Shown here one piece after another: positions 10,922 to 20,858 of a stretch of 64,000 nt of DNA. Position 1 is the stretch's first letter; every line of letters begins with the position of its first letter. Origin of the DNA: a virus; IMG/VR virus record IMGVR_UViG_3300030085_004590, positions 32,001 through 96,000 of that record; one strand, 5' to 3'. The position numbers and the translations under genes are program-made. The notes under the pieces were generated by a model. That model was not told the origin of the DNA and did not search any database. It was given only the letters and a program-made list of their open reading frames with translations.

Positions 10922-12984
10922 TGCCACAATTACCAGCATCAGGAATAATATCAGCTTCGATGATAAATATTGCTTTGGGTAACCCAGCCGGAGATGAAAT
11001 CAGTTGGGGCGATATGGCAACAGAATATGATTTATCATCACCAAATTATGGAGATTCAGACCCAGGTCTTGGTTTAGATGAATTGTATGGAAGATATCCC
11101 GCAGCTGGCGATTTCGTATTTGATGATGCGTTTCCATCTTCAAGTGATACTGGTTGGATAATAAATAATGATGCACAAAATCAATCTACACCACAAACAA
11201 ATGAAGGTACGATTAATTCTATTACTTATAATGGAACAGTAGATTCAACTCCAACTTGGGCAAAAGTTTGGACAGGTACTACAAGAACTGCAGATATAGT
11301 AGTTACCATTCCACAAAACGACCCCCTTTCTCAACCATATAATAATTACCCAGGTACAGTATCAGGACAAGTTTCAACAACACAAAATGCCTATAACTTG
11401 GTAGAAGAAGATTTAAGTGGTGCGGATAGTATGGGTATAAATGCTCAGACAGGTGAAGTAACTTGGACTGCTGGTAATGATAATGAACGAAATTCACCAA
11501 TTACCACAACTACTTTTGCAAAATCAAGTCCCAACACAATTAATCCATCAGCAGGAGAGGCAGGAGTATTTAAAACATATTATACTGTTTTAACAAATAA
11601 TAGTAAAACAACAATCAGTGCGGGAGATAACTATATGGTAGTAGGAGTACCATCCACTGCTCAAGGAAGTGGACAATATGGTAATTATCCGGGAACAGTC
11701 AGTAAAGATTTCCCTACCACAACTCAGTATTCATCTTCATCACTTGAAATTATAGGATATTTAGGGGGAGTTGCTCCAACAATAGTTGGTGCAGCTACTT
11801 CATCAATTACATTTGATTGGGATGAAGATGGTCCTTCAAATGGAAAAAGAGTAGGAGTGGATATTACAGCAGGATATAATGTATCATCTCAACCTATGCA
11901 AATTAATGGTATAACAATGAACAGTTCTTACGGTCCGACAGGAGATGCAGTTCCAGGTTCTCCTCAATTTGATGATAGAATGGTAATTGTATCAGGTAGT
12001 ACCTCAACCGATTCTGGTTCAACTGGTATTGGGTTTCAACAATATTCTGGTAATGGAGAAACAAATGGTTCAAGTCCTCCACTAAGAATTTATATGAATG
12101 GAAGGAATACAAGTACAACAAATGCTGTTAGTAGGTCAATTTCATTTACAACACAATATGGTGGTTCTTTTATATTAAATGTATTTCAATTACCAAACAT
12201 AAGTTTTGTGTGTAATCCGACAGGAGCAGTGTTTACATTCTTAGCAGGTGGTGCTACAACTCGTACAGTTACTATCACTACTGGTCTTTCTTGGACTGCT
12301 GCTATTACAAATGGTAGTGGTGCTACATTTAGTTTTAATAGTGGATTTAGTAATACTTCTACAAGTGCAACTGGTAATGGTTCGGTAACTGTTTATACAA
12401 CATCTGCTAATAGTGGTACTGCAAAAACTGGTACTATGACAATTACACCAACTGGTTACCCAAGTTTGGCAGAAAGTTATTCATTATCACAAGCAGCAGC
12501 AACAGTAACATCTAATGCTTGGGCTAATTTGGCAGGAAGTTGGGTAGATTATTCAACAAGTACCTCAAGTATAACAATTAATCAGAACACATCTTATCCA
12601 TATGCTTGGTCGGTTAGTTATTTCCCAATAGCAATGAAAACAAATTATGTTACTACTTATGGTGCATCTTTATCAAATACTACTTATATTACAATAGGAA
12701 GTAACAGTTCAGGAGGTTCTAGTTTACTTTCAAGTATAAATAGTGTTGCTAGTAATCCAACTCTTGCTCAGTTCTATGTTAATATTGGACATACGCCAAC
12801 ACAACAATATAGTACTGGAACTACTTTTAGTACTACCGTTACTGTTACTTTCAATAGTGGTGAAGTACATTATATAACTGTTAAATTAAAAGGTAGTGGT
12901 ACTGGTGGTGGTGGTACTCCACCGGGTGGTGGTTCACCAAGTGGTCCTCCAGGTGGTCCTCCTCCAGAAGGCGGTATGGAATAA
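10921..12984 (+). CDS. Putative tail-tip adhesin / receptor-binding protein with BACON-like domain
   Basis: N-terminus MPQLPASGIISASMINIALG...LDELYG resembles proteins that follow S74 fibres; TITTGLSWTA...GNGSVTV...KTGTMTIT is BACON-like; Gly/Pro-rich C-terminus. Confidence 0.6.
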   Translation: MPQLPASGIISASMINIALGNPAGDEISWGDMATEYDLSSPNYGDSDPGLGLDELYGRYPAAGDFVFDDAFPSSSDTGWIINNDAQNQSTPQTNEGTINSITYNGTVDSTPTWAKVWTGTTRTADIVVTIPQNDPLSQPYNNYPGTVSGQVSTTQNAYNLVEEDLSGADSMGINAQTGEVTWTAGNDNERNSPITTTTFAKSSPNTINPSAGEAGVFKTYYTVLTNNSKTTISAGDNYMVVGVPSTAQGSGQYGNYPGTVSKDFPTTTQYSSSSLEIIGYLGGVAPTIVGAATSSITFDWDEDGPSNGKRVGVDITAGYNVSSQPMQINGITMNSSYGPTGDAVPGSPQFDDRMVIVSGSTSTDSGSTGIGFQQYSGNGETNGSSPPLRIYMNGRNTSTTNAVSRSISFTTQYGGSFILNVFQLPNISFVCNPTGAVFTFLAGGATTRTVTITTGLSWTAAITNGSGATFSFNSGFSNTSTSATGNGSVTVYTTSANSGTAKTGTMTITPTGYPSLAESYSLSQAAATVTSNAWANLAGSWVDYSTSTSSITINQNTSYPYAWSVSYFPIAMKTNYVTTYGASLSNTTYITIGSNSSGGSSLLSSINSVASNPTLAQFYVNIGHTPTQQYSTGTTFSTTVTVTFNSGEVHYITVKLKGSGTGGGGTPPGGGSPSGPPGGPPPEGGME

Positions 12985-13017
12985 AATTAATTTTATAAAT
13001 AATAAAAAAATTAAGTT

Positions 13018-14208
13018 ATGGCAATATTTCGAGGTAAACAAAGAGATGAATTAAAAGGTTCATTAATGAATTATATTATTCATTGTAATGAAGAGATTGA
13101 TACTGATGTATTAGTAGATAAAATAAATAATTCACTTCCTTTTAAAGAACAAATAAAAACATCAGATTCATTTACATCAAGTGTCAATATATTAGTAACA
13201 ACTGGTGCAGGAAATACAATTCAAGGGGGTGCAGATATTTGGACAAACCATTTTTTAAAAACTATCTGGCCTAAATTACCAAAAAGAAAAAATTGGAGAT
13301 TGTTAATTGATTCAAAACGACCAGTTGATTTTGATTCAGAATCATTACCAAAAGGTTTAGTATTTCATTTTCATGGTGATGACCCTAATAAAACTGATGA
13401 ATGGTTAAAAGAATGTATGGGTATTTATTATCTACATTCTCATTATCATAAAAGAGAACACATTTGGAAGTATGAAAGTAAATTCAAAACAATTTTTGTA
13501 CATGCATATCCAAAAGAAATGCAAGAAGTTATAAACAAGGTACCTGAATTAAAACGATTACAATTTAATACAAAAGTTGAACCTGAATTTTACAATGATT
13601 TTTTACAATCATTTAAAAAAAGAATTTGGATAGGAAACAATCCAAGTAGTTTATTAGATGATTTTCCAAACTATACCTACACTATACCAAATTTTTACGA
13701 ATTTAAATACAATAAGAAACCATCTAAGGAGCTTTCTAAAAAAATAGGTTTTGCATCAAGGATAGAATCAAGAAAGTGTGTACATTGGATGCATGGACAC
13801 GAGGGATTTGTTTTATCATCGAGATATGATTTTGAAAATTTGAGAGATACTACTTCATATTCATTTCCAAATATAAAATTTTATCAATGGAATATGGATA
13901 TACATAATTCTTTTATGAATAAAGATTTCGATATTTTTCATGGAGCATATTTTAAAGAACCATTTGGTTATTCAATATTTCAAGCAGTGGATTATGGTAA
14001 GATTCCAATAATACACACAGATTGGGCAAAAGAAGTAGATTACAAATATAGAGCAAGTTCAAAAAATGAATTTGATAAGATGGTTAAAAAAATCCACTTT
14101 GATGATTCACGAACAAGATTTGTAGAATTTGCTAAATTAAAAACTTATATGAAAACATTTGATTACAAACAAATTTGGACAGAAAAAGTTTTAGAAAAAT
14201 TTATTTAA
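13018..14208 (+). CDS. GT-B fold glycosyltransferase (GT4-like)
   Basis: GGAD N-terminal motif, IGFASRIESRK, EPFGYSIFQAVDYGKIPI. Confidence 0.75.
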   Translation: MAIFRGKQRDELKGSLMNYIIHCNEEIDTDVLVDKINNSLPFKEQIKTSDSFTSSVNILVTTGAGNTIQGGADIWTNHFLKTIWPKLPKRKNWRLLIDSKRPVDFDSESLPKGLVFHFHGDDPNKTDEWLKECMGIYYLHSHYHKREHIWKYESKFKTIFVHAYPKEMQEVINKVPELKRLQFNTKVEPEFYNDFLQSFKKRIWIGNNPSSLLDDFPNYTYTIPNFYEFKYNKKPSKELSKKIGFASRIESRKCVHWMHGHEGFVLSSRYDFENLRDTTSYSFPNIKFYQWNMDIHNSFMNKDFDIFHGAYFKEPFGYSIFQAVDYGKIPIIHTDWAKEVDYKYRASSKNEFDKMVKKIHFDDSRTRFVEFAKLKTYMKTFDYKQIWTEKVLEKFI

Positions 14209-14209
14209 T

Positions 14210-14218
14210 ATATTTATA
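14210..14218 (+). promoter_or_regulatory. ATATTTATA motif
   Basis: Occupies the 25-nt gap before the ATG at 14234. Confidence 0.65.
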
Positions 14219-14233
14219 TACACAAAAGATAAT

Positions 14234-15010
14234 ATGTCTATTATTAACTATGTCTTAGTTAAAGAGTTTTTTACCAACAACTTCAAGATAAAAAAAGACA
14301 CAAATCAAAAAGAGTTCAAAGATTTTTCACCTGTTAAATACAGATGGACACATGGAGCTACTGATTTTCATCTTGGTGATGGTTTACTCATTTATTCAGC
14401 TATTCAGTATATGAGAGCTAAAACTTGTGTCTGTTTAGGAAGTGGTGGTGGATTCATTCCACGAATCATGTCTCAGGCAAGAATGGATTTACATGACCAA
14501 AAAATATTTGAAGGTGAAAAACTTATGGAATGGGGAGATGTAGGAACAACTATTTTAGTTGATGCATCAAATGGTGTTGGTGGACATACTGATTGGGTAG
14601 AGAAAGATTCTTTTTTTAGAACTCATTTTCCATGTAGAGTAATTTTAGATACTACTGAAAATGCATATTATAATTTTTTCGTAAAAGAAGATATTAAGAT
14701 TGATTATCTTCATATTGATGCAGGACATTCTTATGAAGATGTAAAAAAAGATTTTGAATTATATTCAAAACTATTATCACCAAATGGTATTATATCAATA
14801 CACGATACAGATGAATCTTTTGAAAAAGAACATATAATATCGGATGATATAATAGATTCATATCATCAAGAATATGCTAATGGACCAGCAAAATTTGTAA
14901 AAGAATTAAAAGAAAATAAAGAGTGGGAAGTATTTAACTTCTTTAATAATGGTATTTTAAGAGATAAACCATCTTCTACTGGTCTAACATTTATTAGAAA
15001 AAATGCATAA
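14234..15010 (+). CDS. Class I SAM methyltransferase (Methyltransf_24-like, probably sugar O-methyltransferase)
   Basis: CLGSGGG, IDYLHIDAGHSYEDVKKDF, LSPNGIISIHD. Confidence 0.8.
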   Translation: MSIINYVLVKEFFTNNFKIKKDTNQKEFKDFSPVKYRWTHGATDFHLGDGLLIYSAIQYMRAKTCVCLGSGGGFIPRIMSQARMDLHDQKIFEGEKLMEWGDVGTTILVDASNGVGGHTDWVEKDSFFRTHFPCRVILDTTENAYYNFFVKEDIKIDYLHIDAGHSYEDVKKDFELYSKLLSPNGIISIHDTDESFEKEHIISDDIIDSYHQEYANGPAKFVKELKENKEWEVFNFFNNGILRDKPSSTGLTFIRKNA

Positions 15011-15857
15011 GATAAATTTAGTAACTGTTGTGGGACATAATATAACAATGTTACCACATATGTTAAATCATTATAAAGATATAGTAGATGAAGTATATGT
15101 AGTTGTTTATAGACAACACGAAGATGATGGTATAGTTGATAAAATAAAAAAATTAGGTATAACTCCATATAAAATTGTAACTGAACCAAAGTTTAATTGG
15201 GAAAAAGTTACTGAGTTATACAACGAAGTAAAAAAAACAAAACCAAACGAATGGTGGGTGGTTTCGGACGATGATGAATTCCATGTGTATCCTAAACCTT
15301 TACAAGAAATGATAAATGATTGTGAAGAAAATGGTTGGGAGTTTATAACAGGTGGATTCATCGATAGGATAGGAGAGGATGGTACATTTCCAAAAGTTTA
15401 TAATAAAACTAATATATGGAAAAAATTTCCTTATGGTGGATTTTTTAGATATCCACTTTCTCAAGCTTGTCCAAATAAATGTTGTGTTATGAAAGGGAGA
15501 GTAAAAGTAACACACGGACAACATTATGGTATTATTAAAGATAAGCACATTTGGGGAAAAGAAAATTTAAATCATCCTCTTCGATATCCACCGGGTAGAG
15601 GAGAAGGGTTTGTACAAGTACACCACTTTAAGTGGGATTCAACCGTTTTAGAAAGATTAAAAGAAGTTTCTGAAACAAAAAAAGAGTACACTTTTTGGGA
15701 AGAATACCAAAAAATGTATGATGCAATAAAAGATTCTGATTGGAAAATTGATATTTCAAATAAAGAATTTTTTATGGAACGATTACATCAAAATCCAAGT
15801 GAACATTGGGAATATTCAAAATGGAATCGTTTGTTAAAAAAAATTATCGCGGTTTGA
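15003..15857 (+). CDS. GT-A fold glycosyltransferase (GT2-like)
   Basis: MLPHMLNHY, WWVVSDDDEF (DxD), G-Q-H, VHHFKW. Confidence 0.75.
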   Translation: MHKINLVTVVGHNITMLPHMLNHYKDIVDEVYVVVYRQHEDDGIVDKIKKLGITPYKIVTEPKFNWEKVTELYNEVKKTKPNEWWVVSDDDEFHVYPKPLQEMINDCEENGWEFITGGFIDRIGEDGTFPKVYNKTNIWKKFPYGGFFRYPLSQACPNKCCVMKGRVKVTHGQHYGIIKDKHIWGKENLNHPLRYPPGRGEGFVQVHHFKWDSTVLERLKEVSETKKEYTFWEEYQKMYDAIKDSDWKIDISNKEFFMERLHQNPSEHWEYSKWNRLLKKIIAV

Positions 15858-15867
15858 TAGTTTTTAT

Positions 15868-15876
15868 ATATTTATA
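15868..15876 (+). promoter_or_regulatory. ATATTTATA motif
   Basis: Intergenic, upstream of the 59-aa ORF at 15904. Confidence 0.6.
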
Positions 15877-15903
15877 TATGTATTTAAAATTAAATTAAAA
15901 GTT

Positions 15904-16083
15904 ATGCCAGCAAAAAAAGACGAAACAGCACAAATTTTAGAAGAGAGAAAAGTAAAAGCTCTTGAAAAAATTGCTAATTCATTAGATGCACTTACTTTAT
16001 GGTTTGAAGAAATCGATAAAGAAGATTGGGGACCAAGAATCGAATGGTACCTTTCAGAGTGGTACGAAAAGAAAATCAAGTAA
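15904..16083 (+). CDS. Hypothetical protein, 59 aa (absent from ORF track)
   Basis: MPAKKDETAQILEERKVKALEKIANSLDALTLWFEEIDKEDWGPRIEWYLSEWYEKKIK; co-oriented, fills the gap, preceded by the motif. Confidence 0.7.
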   Translation: MPAKKDETAQILEERKVKALEKIANSLDALTLWFEEIDKEDWGPRIEWYLSEWYEKKIK

Positions 16084-16090
16084 ATAACTT

Positions 16091-17512
16091 ATGTCAAAAA
16101 TCGGTATCATAGTTCCGTACAGAAACCGAAGGACACACTTAAATCATTTTACTACTGCAATTAAACATCATTTTGATGATTCAAAACTTTCATATGAATT
16201 AATCATTGTTGAACAGGCAGATAAAAAATCATTCAATAGAGGTTCATTATTAAACATTGGTGTAATTAAAGCAAAAGAACTTAATTGTACTTATGTTGCA
16301 TTACACGATGTTGATATGTTACCTATTGATGTTGATTATTCTGAGGTGAGTGTTCCTACCCATCTTGCAACCAATTTTATTTCACATAAAGATAAAATGA
16401 AAAGGGTTGTATTTGATGAGTACTTCGGTGGAGTTACTTTATTTCCAATAGATGATTATTTCCATGTCAATGGATATTCAAACAAATATTGGGGATGGGG
16501 TTATGAAGATGATGATTTATTGTGGAGATGTAAAGAAAACTTTCTTGATTTTAACACAAAACAATTACCTACAAAGGCACATAGTAGTGCAGGTTTAGAG
16601 TTTAATGGTTACACTAGTCAAGTTAAAATACCAAAACCATTTAAGTTAAAAAATTATACTTTATTTTGTTCATTTAATCCAGCAGAGATAGAATGTAATG
16701 AAGGGTTTATGTTTGATGAATATAATATTTTATCAATACCAGGTATGGATACTGGTTTTACTTTTAACTCTTACAAAAGATATAAATTTGAAACTTGGAC
16801 GGCAGATAAAGAATGTATAAGTTTAAAATCAAATATCACTACACCAAAACAAACTACATTATGTGCATCAATAAACCAAGATGAACACATAATTAAATTT
16901 TATCAAGATGGTGAACTCGTAGATGAGGCAGAATATGAAGGTAGAGTACTCCATTATTTAAATGAAAAATTTATTTACCTTGGTGATTCACCATCTCTTC
17001 AATATAATCAAAGAAGGCCTTTTAGAGGTACGATTGATTATTTCGCATTATTTAATCATTCGTTAGAAGATGCACAAATAAAAGAAATTTCTGATAACAA
17101 AGGTATGGGATTAACTGAAGCATATGGTGATTATGTTGCACCACATACTTTAGAAATGTGTTATGATATGAAGAATGCAACTTATTCTGAAGTTTATGAT
17201 GTTACTCAAAGAAAAAGAACAGCAGAAGTTAAGGATTGTGGTAAGGTTCTAATAAATCAAGTAGATGATTTTATAGAAATACCCGTACCATATAGAAGAG
17301 AATCAACCTTTAAACTTTTGTATCATAAAGAAAATGGTTTTTATGAAAATAAATGGACATGGACAGAAACAAGAAAAAATCAACTTCACTTTTATAATAA
17401 AGTTTTAAAAGGAAAATCTGATTATAAAAGAGATGGTATAGATAATGTTAGATACGATTTATTATCCGATACAAAAATGGATGATTATCACTTTATATCA
17501 GTAGAACTATGA
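16091..17512 (+). CDS. GT7 beta-1,4-galactosyltransferase-like protein with inserted LamG/ConA-like domain
   Basis: IVPYRNR, FNRGSLLN, HDVD, YFGGV, NGYSNKYWGWGYEDDD; then FNG...FYQDG...FRGTID...FNHSL (LamG); then GT7-like tail DGIDNVRY. Confidence 0.85.
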   Translation: MSKIGIIVPYRNRRTHLNHFTTAIKHHFDDSKLSYELIIVEQADKKSFNRGSLLNIGVIKAKELNCTYVALHDVDMLPIDVDYSEVSVPTHLATNFISHKDKMKRVVFDEYFGGVTLFPIDDYFHVNGYSNKYWGWGYEDDDLLWRCKENFLDFNTKQLPTKAHSSAGLEFNGYTSQVKIPKPFKLKNYTLFCSFNPAEIECNEGFMFDEYNILSIPGMDTGFTFNSYKRYKFETWTADKECISLKSNITTPKQTTLCASINQDEHIIKFYQDGELVDEAEYEGRVLHYLNEKFIYLGDSPSLQYNQRRPFRGTIDYFALFNHSLEDAQIKEISDNKGMGLTEAYGDYVAPHTLEMCYDMKNATYSEVYDVTQRKRTAEVKDCGKVLINQVDDFIEIPVPYRRESTFKLLYHKENGFYENKWTWTETRKNQLHFYNKVLKGKSDYKRDGIDNVRYDLLSDTKMDDYHFISVEL

Positions 17513-17919
17513 TGCCAATGTATAAGACAGGAATAATTGCAGGTAACTTTGATGTACTACATCCAGGTTACATTAAAATGTTTGAAGAGTGTAAATCCTA
17601 TTGTGAAAATTTTATAATACTTTTACACACCGACCCATCAATTGAAAGACCAGAAAAATTAAAACCAATACTTTCGGTAGAAGAAAGAATGGAAATGTTA
17701 TATGCAATAAAATTCATTGATTTTATTCATATTTATACTTACGAAAATGAATTGGTGAAATTGTTAGAAGGAATACGACCAGATATAAGATTTTTGGGTG
17801 ATGATTATAGGGGAAGAACTTATACAGGTTTTGAGTTAAATATTCCAATTCACTATTTAAATAGAGACCATGGTTGGTCTACAACAAAATTTAAAAATCT
17901 AATTGCAAAGACAGTATGA
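17509..17919 (+). CDS. Glycerol-3-phosphate cytidylyltransferase-like (TagD/RfaE family)
   Basis: AGNFDVLHPGY, ERMEML, GDDY, WSTT. Confidence 0.85.
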   Translation: MMPMYKTGIIAGNFDVLHPGYIKMFEECKSYCENFIILLHTDPSIERPEKLKPILSVEERMEMLYAIKFIDFIHIYTYENELVKLLEGIRPDIRFLGDDYRGRTYTGFELNIPIHYLNRDHGWSTTKFKNLIAKTV

Positions 17920-19385
17920 AGATAGGTGTTTGTGTTCCTTATAGAAATAGAGAAGCTCACTTAAAAGAGTTTATACCAACTGTTAGTAAATATTTGGAAT
18001 CACAAGGAATTGATTACCACATTTATTTTGGTCATCAAGTAGATGATAAATTGTTTAATAGAGGTGCTACAAAAAATGTAGCAGCAGAGTGGGCATTCAA
18101 AGAAGGATGTGATTACATTGTTTGGCATGATATCGATATGATACCCGAAGAAGGTTGTGATTATTCTTTTCCAAAAAAACATCCCATACATATTGCAACA
18201 AATATATCTCAAATGGATTACAAACTAAAGTATGAAGAATACTTTGGTGGAGCAGTTTTATTTTCAAAAGAACAAGTAGAGGCAACAAATGGATACTCAA
18301 ATGATTATTGGGATTGGGGAATGGAAGATGATGATTTATTTTGGAGATGTGTACTTGAAGGATATGCGAATGCATCTTATATGGATTATCCTACTGAAAA
18401 ACAAAGTTACTTAAATTTCAATGGTAAAAATTCATTTATAAAAATAGATAGAGATAAAAAATTAAGAAACATTACTTCTCGTTCTCATACAGTTTCAGTT
18501 TTAGTTCGTGCATATCAACAAGAAGATAAAGTAAACATTTGGTTAGTAGGTGATGAGGATAGAAGATTTTGTGAGTATCCAATAATTCGTAGACCAGGAT
18601 ATGATTGGGGATTGAGTTATAACAATTCAAGAGCATATACGGCCCAACTTTGGGATAATCAAAGAAATCATTTATATCAATGGATAAAAAGATATGAAGG
18701 ACAATGGACATGGGTTACTTTAAGTGTTGATACTGCAAATCAAAAAATTCATTTTTATTTAAATGGTAAAGAATCAGATGCAAGACACGGTCATGGTACA
18801 CAATCCCCTTTACATTATGAGAATAGATTAAAATCCTATGGATTAGATGATTGGTACATAGGAACAACTACTTCTGCACGAAAAACTGATATTAATCGTT
18901 GGTTAAAAGGAGATATAGGAAAAGTTTGTATGTGGAATAGAGTACTATCAGAAGAAGAAATAAAAAATATTCACAAAAATGTACCAGAAAAGAATTTAGT
19001 TTTACATTATGATTTTAATTCTGATTTACAAAAAAATTCTCCTTACACCGCAGTTGATTTAAGTGGAAACGAATTACATGGTAGTATTAGAAACTGCGAA
19101 TTACACGAAGGAGAAATAAAAATACCATATACAGTTTTACCACACAGAGTACCTGGAAGATTAAAATGTTTACCACACAAAGATGAAGGATTGGTAAAAG
19201 ATGAACATGGAAACGATAAGTGGGCAAAGGGAGAAACCACTGCAAGAAACGAAAGAAGATATGTTCTTCAAATGCAACAAGGTGAATGGGATTATAAATC
19301 AGATGGTATAAAACAATTAAAATATGAATTAGTTGGAGTTGAAGAGATTACTCCCAAAGCAAAACTAATAAATGTTAAATTTTGA
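17916..19385 (+). CDS. Second GT7 galactosyltransferase-like protein with inserted LamG domain
   Basis: CVPYRNR, FNRG, HDID, YFGGA, NGYSNDYWDWGMEDDD; LamG WTWVTL...FYLNG...WNRVLSEEEI; tail DGIKQLKY. Confidence 0.85.
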   Translation: MKIGVCVPYRNREAHLKEFIPTVSKYLESQGIDYHIYFGHQVDDKLFNRGATKNVAAEWAFKEGCDYIVWHDIDMIPEEGCDYSFPKKHPIHIATNISQMDYKLKYEEYFGGAVLFSKEQVEATNGYSNDYWDWGMEDDDLFWRCVLEGYANASYMDYPTEKQSYLNFNGKNSFIKIDRDKKLRNITSRSHTVSVLVRAYQQEDKVNIWLVGDEDRRFCEYPIIRRPGYDWGLSYNNSRAYTAQLWDNQRNHLYQWIKRYEGQWTWVTLSVDTANQKIHFYLNGKESDARHGHGTQSPLHYENRLKSYGLDDWYIGTTTSARKTDINRWLKGDIGKVCMWNRVLSEEEIKNIHKNVPEKNLVLHYDFNSDLQKNSPYTAVDLSGNELHGSIRNCELHEGEIKIPYTVLPHRVPGRLKCLPHKDEGLVKDEHGNDKWAKGETTARNERRYVLQMQQGEWDYKSDGIKQLKYELVGVEEITPKAKLINVKF

Positions 19386-19409
19386 TATATATTAATATAA
19401 AGATATTCA

Positions 19410-20858
19410 ATGGCAGATTTAATAGCAAAACAAGAAGAGAAAAAAAGAAAAATTAACATTGATGATGATAGTCCATTTTATGTGGATATTAGAAAATCAT
19501 TAAATGACCAAGGACCTGGGTTTTGTTTAGCAAAGTGGACACAAGTTACAATGCATTTACAATTGGGTCATACTCATTCTTGTCACCACCCTAAAACACA
19601 TCAAGTTCCTTTAAGAGAATTAAAAAGAAATCCAACTGCTCTTCACAATACGATGTACAAGAAAAGAAGAAGAAAAGAGATGTTGGAAGGACAAAGACCA
19701 GATGAATGTGATTATTGTTGGAATGTAGAAGATAGTTCTAATAGATTTTCAGATAGAACTTTTAAATCTGCAGAGAACTGGTCGTATCCTTATATGGATG
19801 AAATCAAATCATTAGGTTGGAGAGATGATTATAATCCAAAGTATGTTGAAGTTTCATTTTCAAATGCATGTAATTTTAAATGTTCTTATTGTGGACCAGC
19901 ATTTTCAACAAAATGGATGGAAGAAGCTGAAAAATTTGGAGCATATCCAACAACAGATGGTTTTAATGATTTAACTTATTTAAAACAAGAAGGTAAAATG
20001 CCAATGCCAGTAACCCAAACAAATCCATATGTAGATGCGTTTTGGAGATGGTGGCCAGATTTATATAAAGATTTACACACTTTTAGAATTACTGGTGGTG
20101 AACCTTTAATGTCACAAGATACTTGGAAAGTTTTAGATTTTATTTTAGAACAAGAAAATCCAAATAGAGAATTGAATCTTGCAATAAACTCTAACTTAGG
20201 AGTACCTGATAAATTAATTGATAGATTTATAGAAAAGGTTGCGAGAATTTGTGATGAGGGAAGAGTAAAAGAATTTGTAATCTTTACTTCGGTTGATACT
20301 TGGGGTAAACAGGCAGAATATATTCGAAATGGTTTAGAGTTTAATAGATTTTGGGATAACTGTCATAAAGTTTTAGAAAAAATACCACAAGTTATATTAA
20401 CTTACATGGTAACTTACAATGCACTTTCAGTTCCAAACTATGATAAACTAATTAGAGGTGTTTATGATTTAAAAACCACTTATGGTTCGGATGATAGATA
20501 TTGGAACTCTGCAACATTCTTAGATACATCTTATTTAAGACACCCAACTCACCAAACAGTACAAGTTTTAGAACCACATTGGGCAGATAAAATTTATGCT
20601 GATGCACAATTAGTAGATTTCTTAGGAGTACCATTATTCGAAAAAGAATACATTGGATATTCGGATGTTGAAATTCAAAAATTAAAAAGAACTTTCGATT
20701 GGATGAAATCACCAGTGGCAGAAGAACAATTAAAAAAACAAAGATACAACTTTGGAAGATATTTCAGAGCACACGATGAGAGAAGAGGAACAGATTTCTG
20801 TGCTACTTTTCCAGAACTAGAAGAATTTTATAGAAAATGTTTAGAAATTAAGATATGA
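19410..20858 (+). CDS. Radical SAM protein with N-terminal twitch/SPASM-like Cys cluster
   Basis: CNFKCSYC, ITGGEP, N-terminal FCLAKW...SCHH...CDYCW. Confidence 0.88.
   Translation: MADLIAKQEEKKRKINIDDDSPFYVDIRKSLNDQGPGFCLAKWTQVTMHLQLGHTHSCHHPKTHQVPLRELKRNPTALHNTMYKKRRRKEMLEGQRPDECDYCWNVEDSSNRFSDRTFKSAENWSYPYMDEIKSLGWRDDYNPKYVEVSFSNACNFKCSYCGPAFSTKWMEEAEKFGAYPTTDGFNDLTYLKQEGKMPMPVTQTNPYVDAFWRWWPDLYKDLHTFRITGGEPLMSQDTWKVLDFILEQENPNRELNLAINSNLGVPDKLIDRFIEKVARICDEGRVKEFVIFTSVDTWGKQAEYIRNGLEFNRFWDNCHKVLEKIPQVILTYMVTYNALSVPNYDKLIRGVYDLKTTYGSDDRYWNSATFLDTSYLRHPTHQTVQVLEPHWADKIYADAQLVDFLGVPLFEKEYIGYSDVEIQKLKRTFDWMKSPVAEEQLKKQRYNFGRYFRAHDERRGTDFCATFPELEEFYRKCLEIKI

Noticed and set aside
15864-16079. 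71-aa minus-strand ORF in an apparent gap
   Set aside because: The + strand 59-aa ORF 15904-16083 fits operon direction and the upstream motif better.
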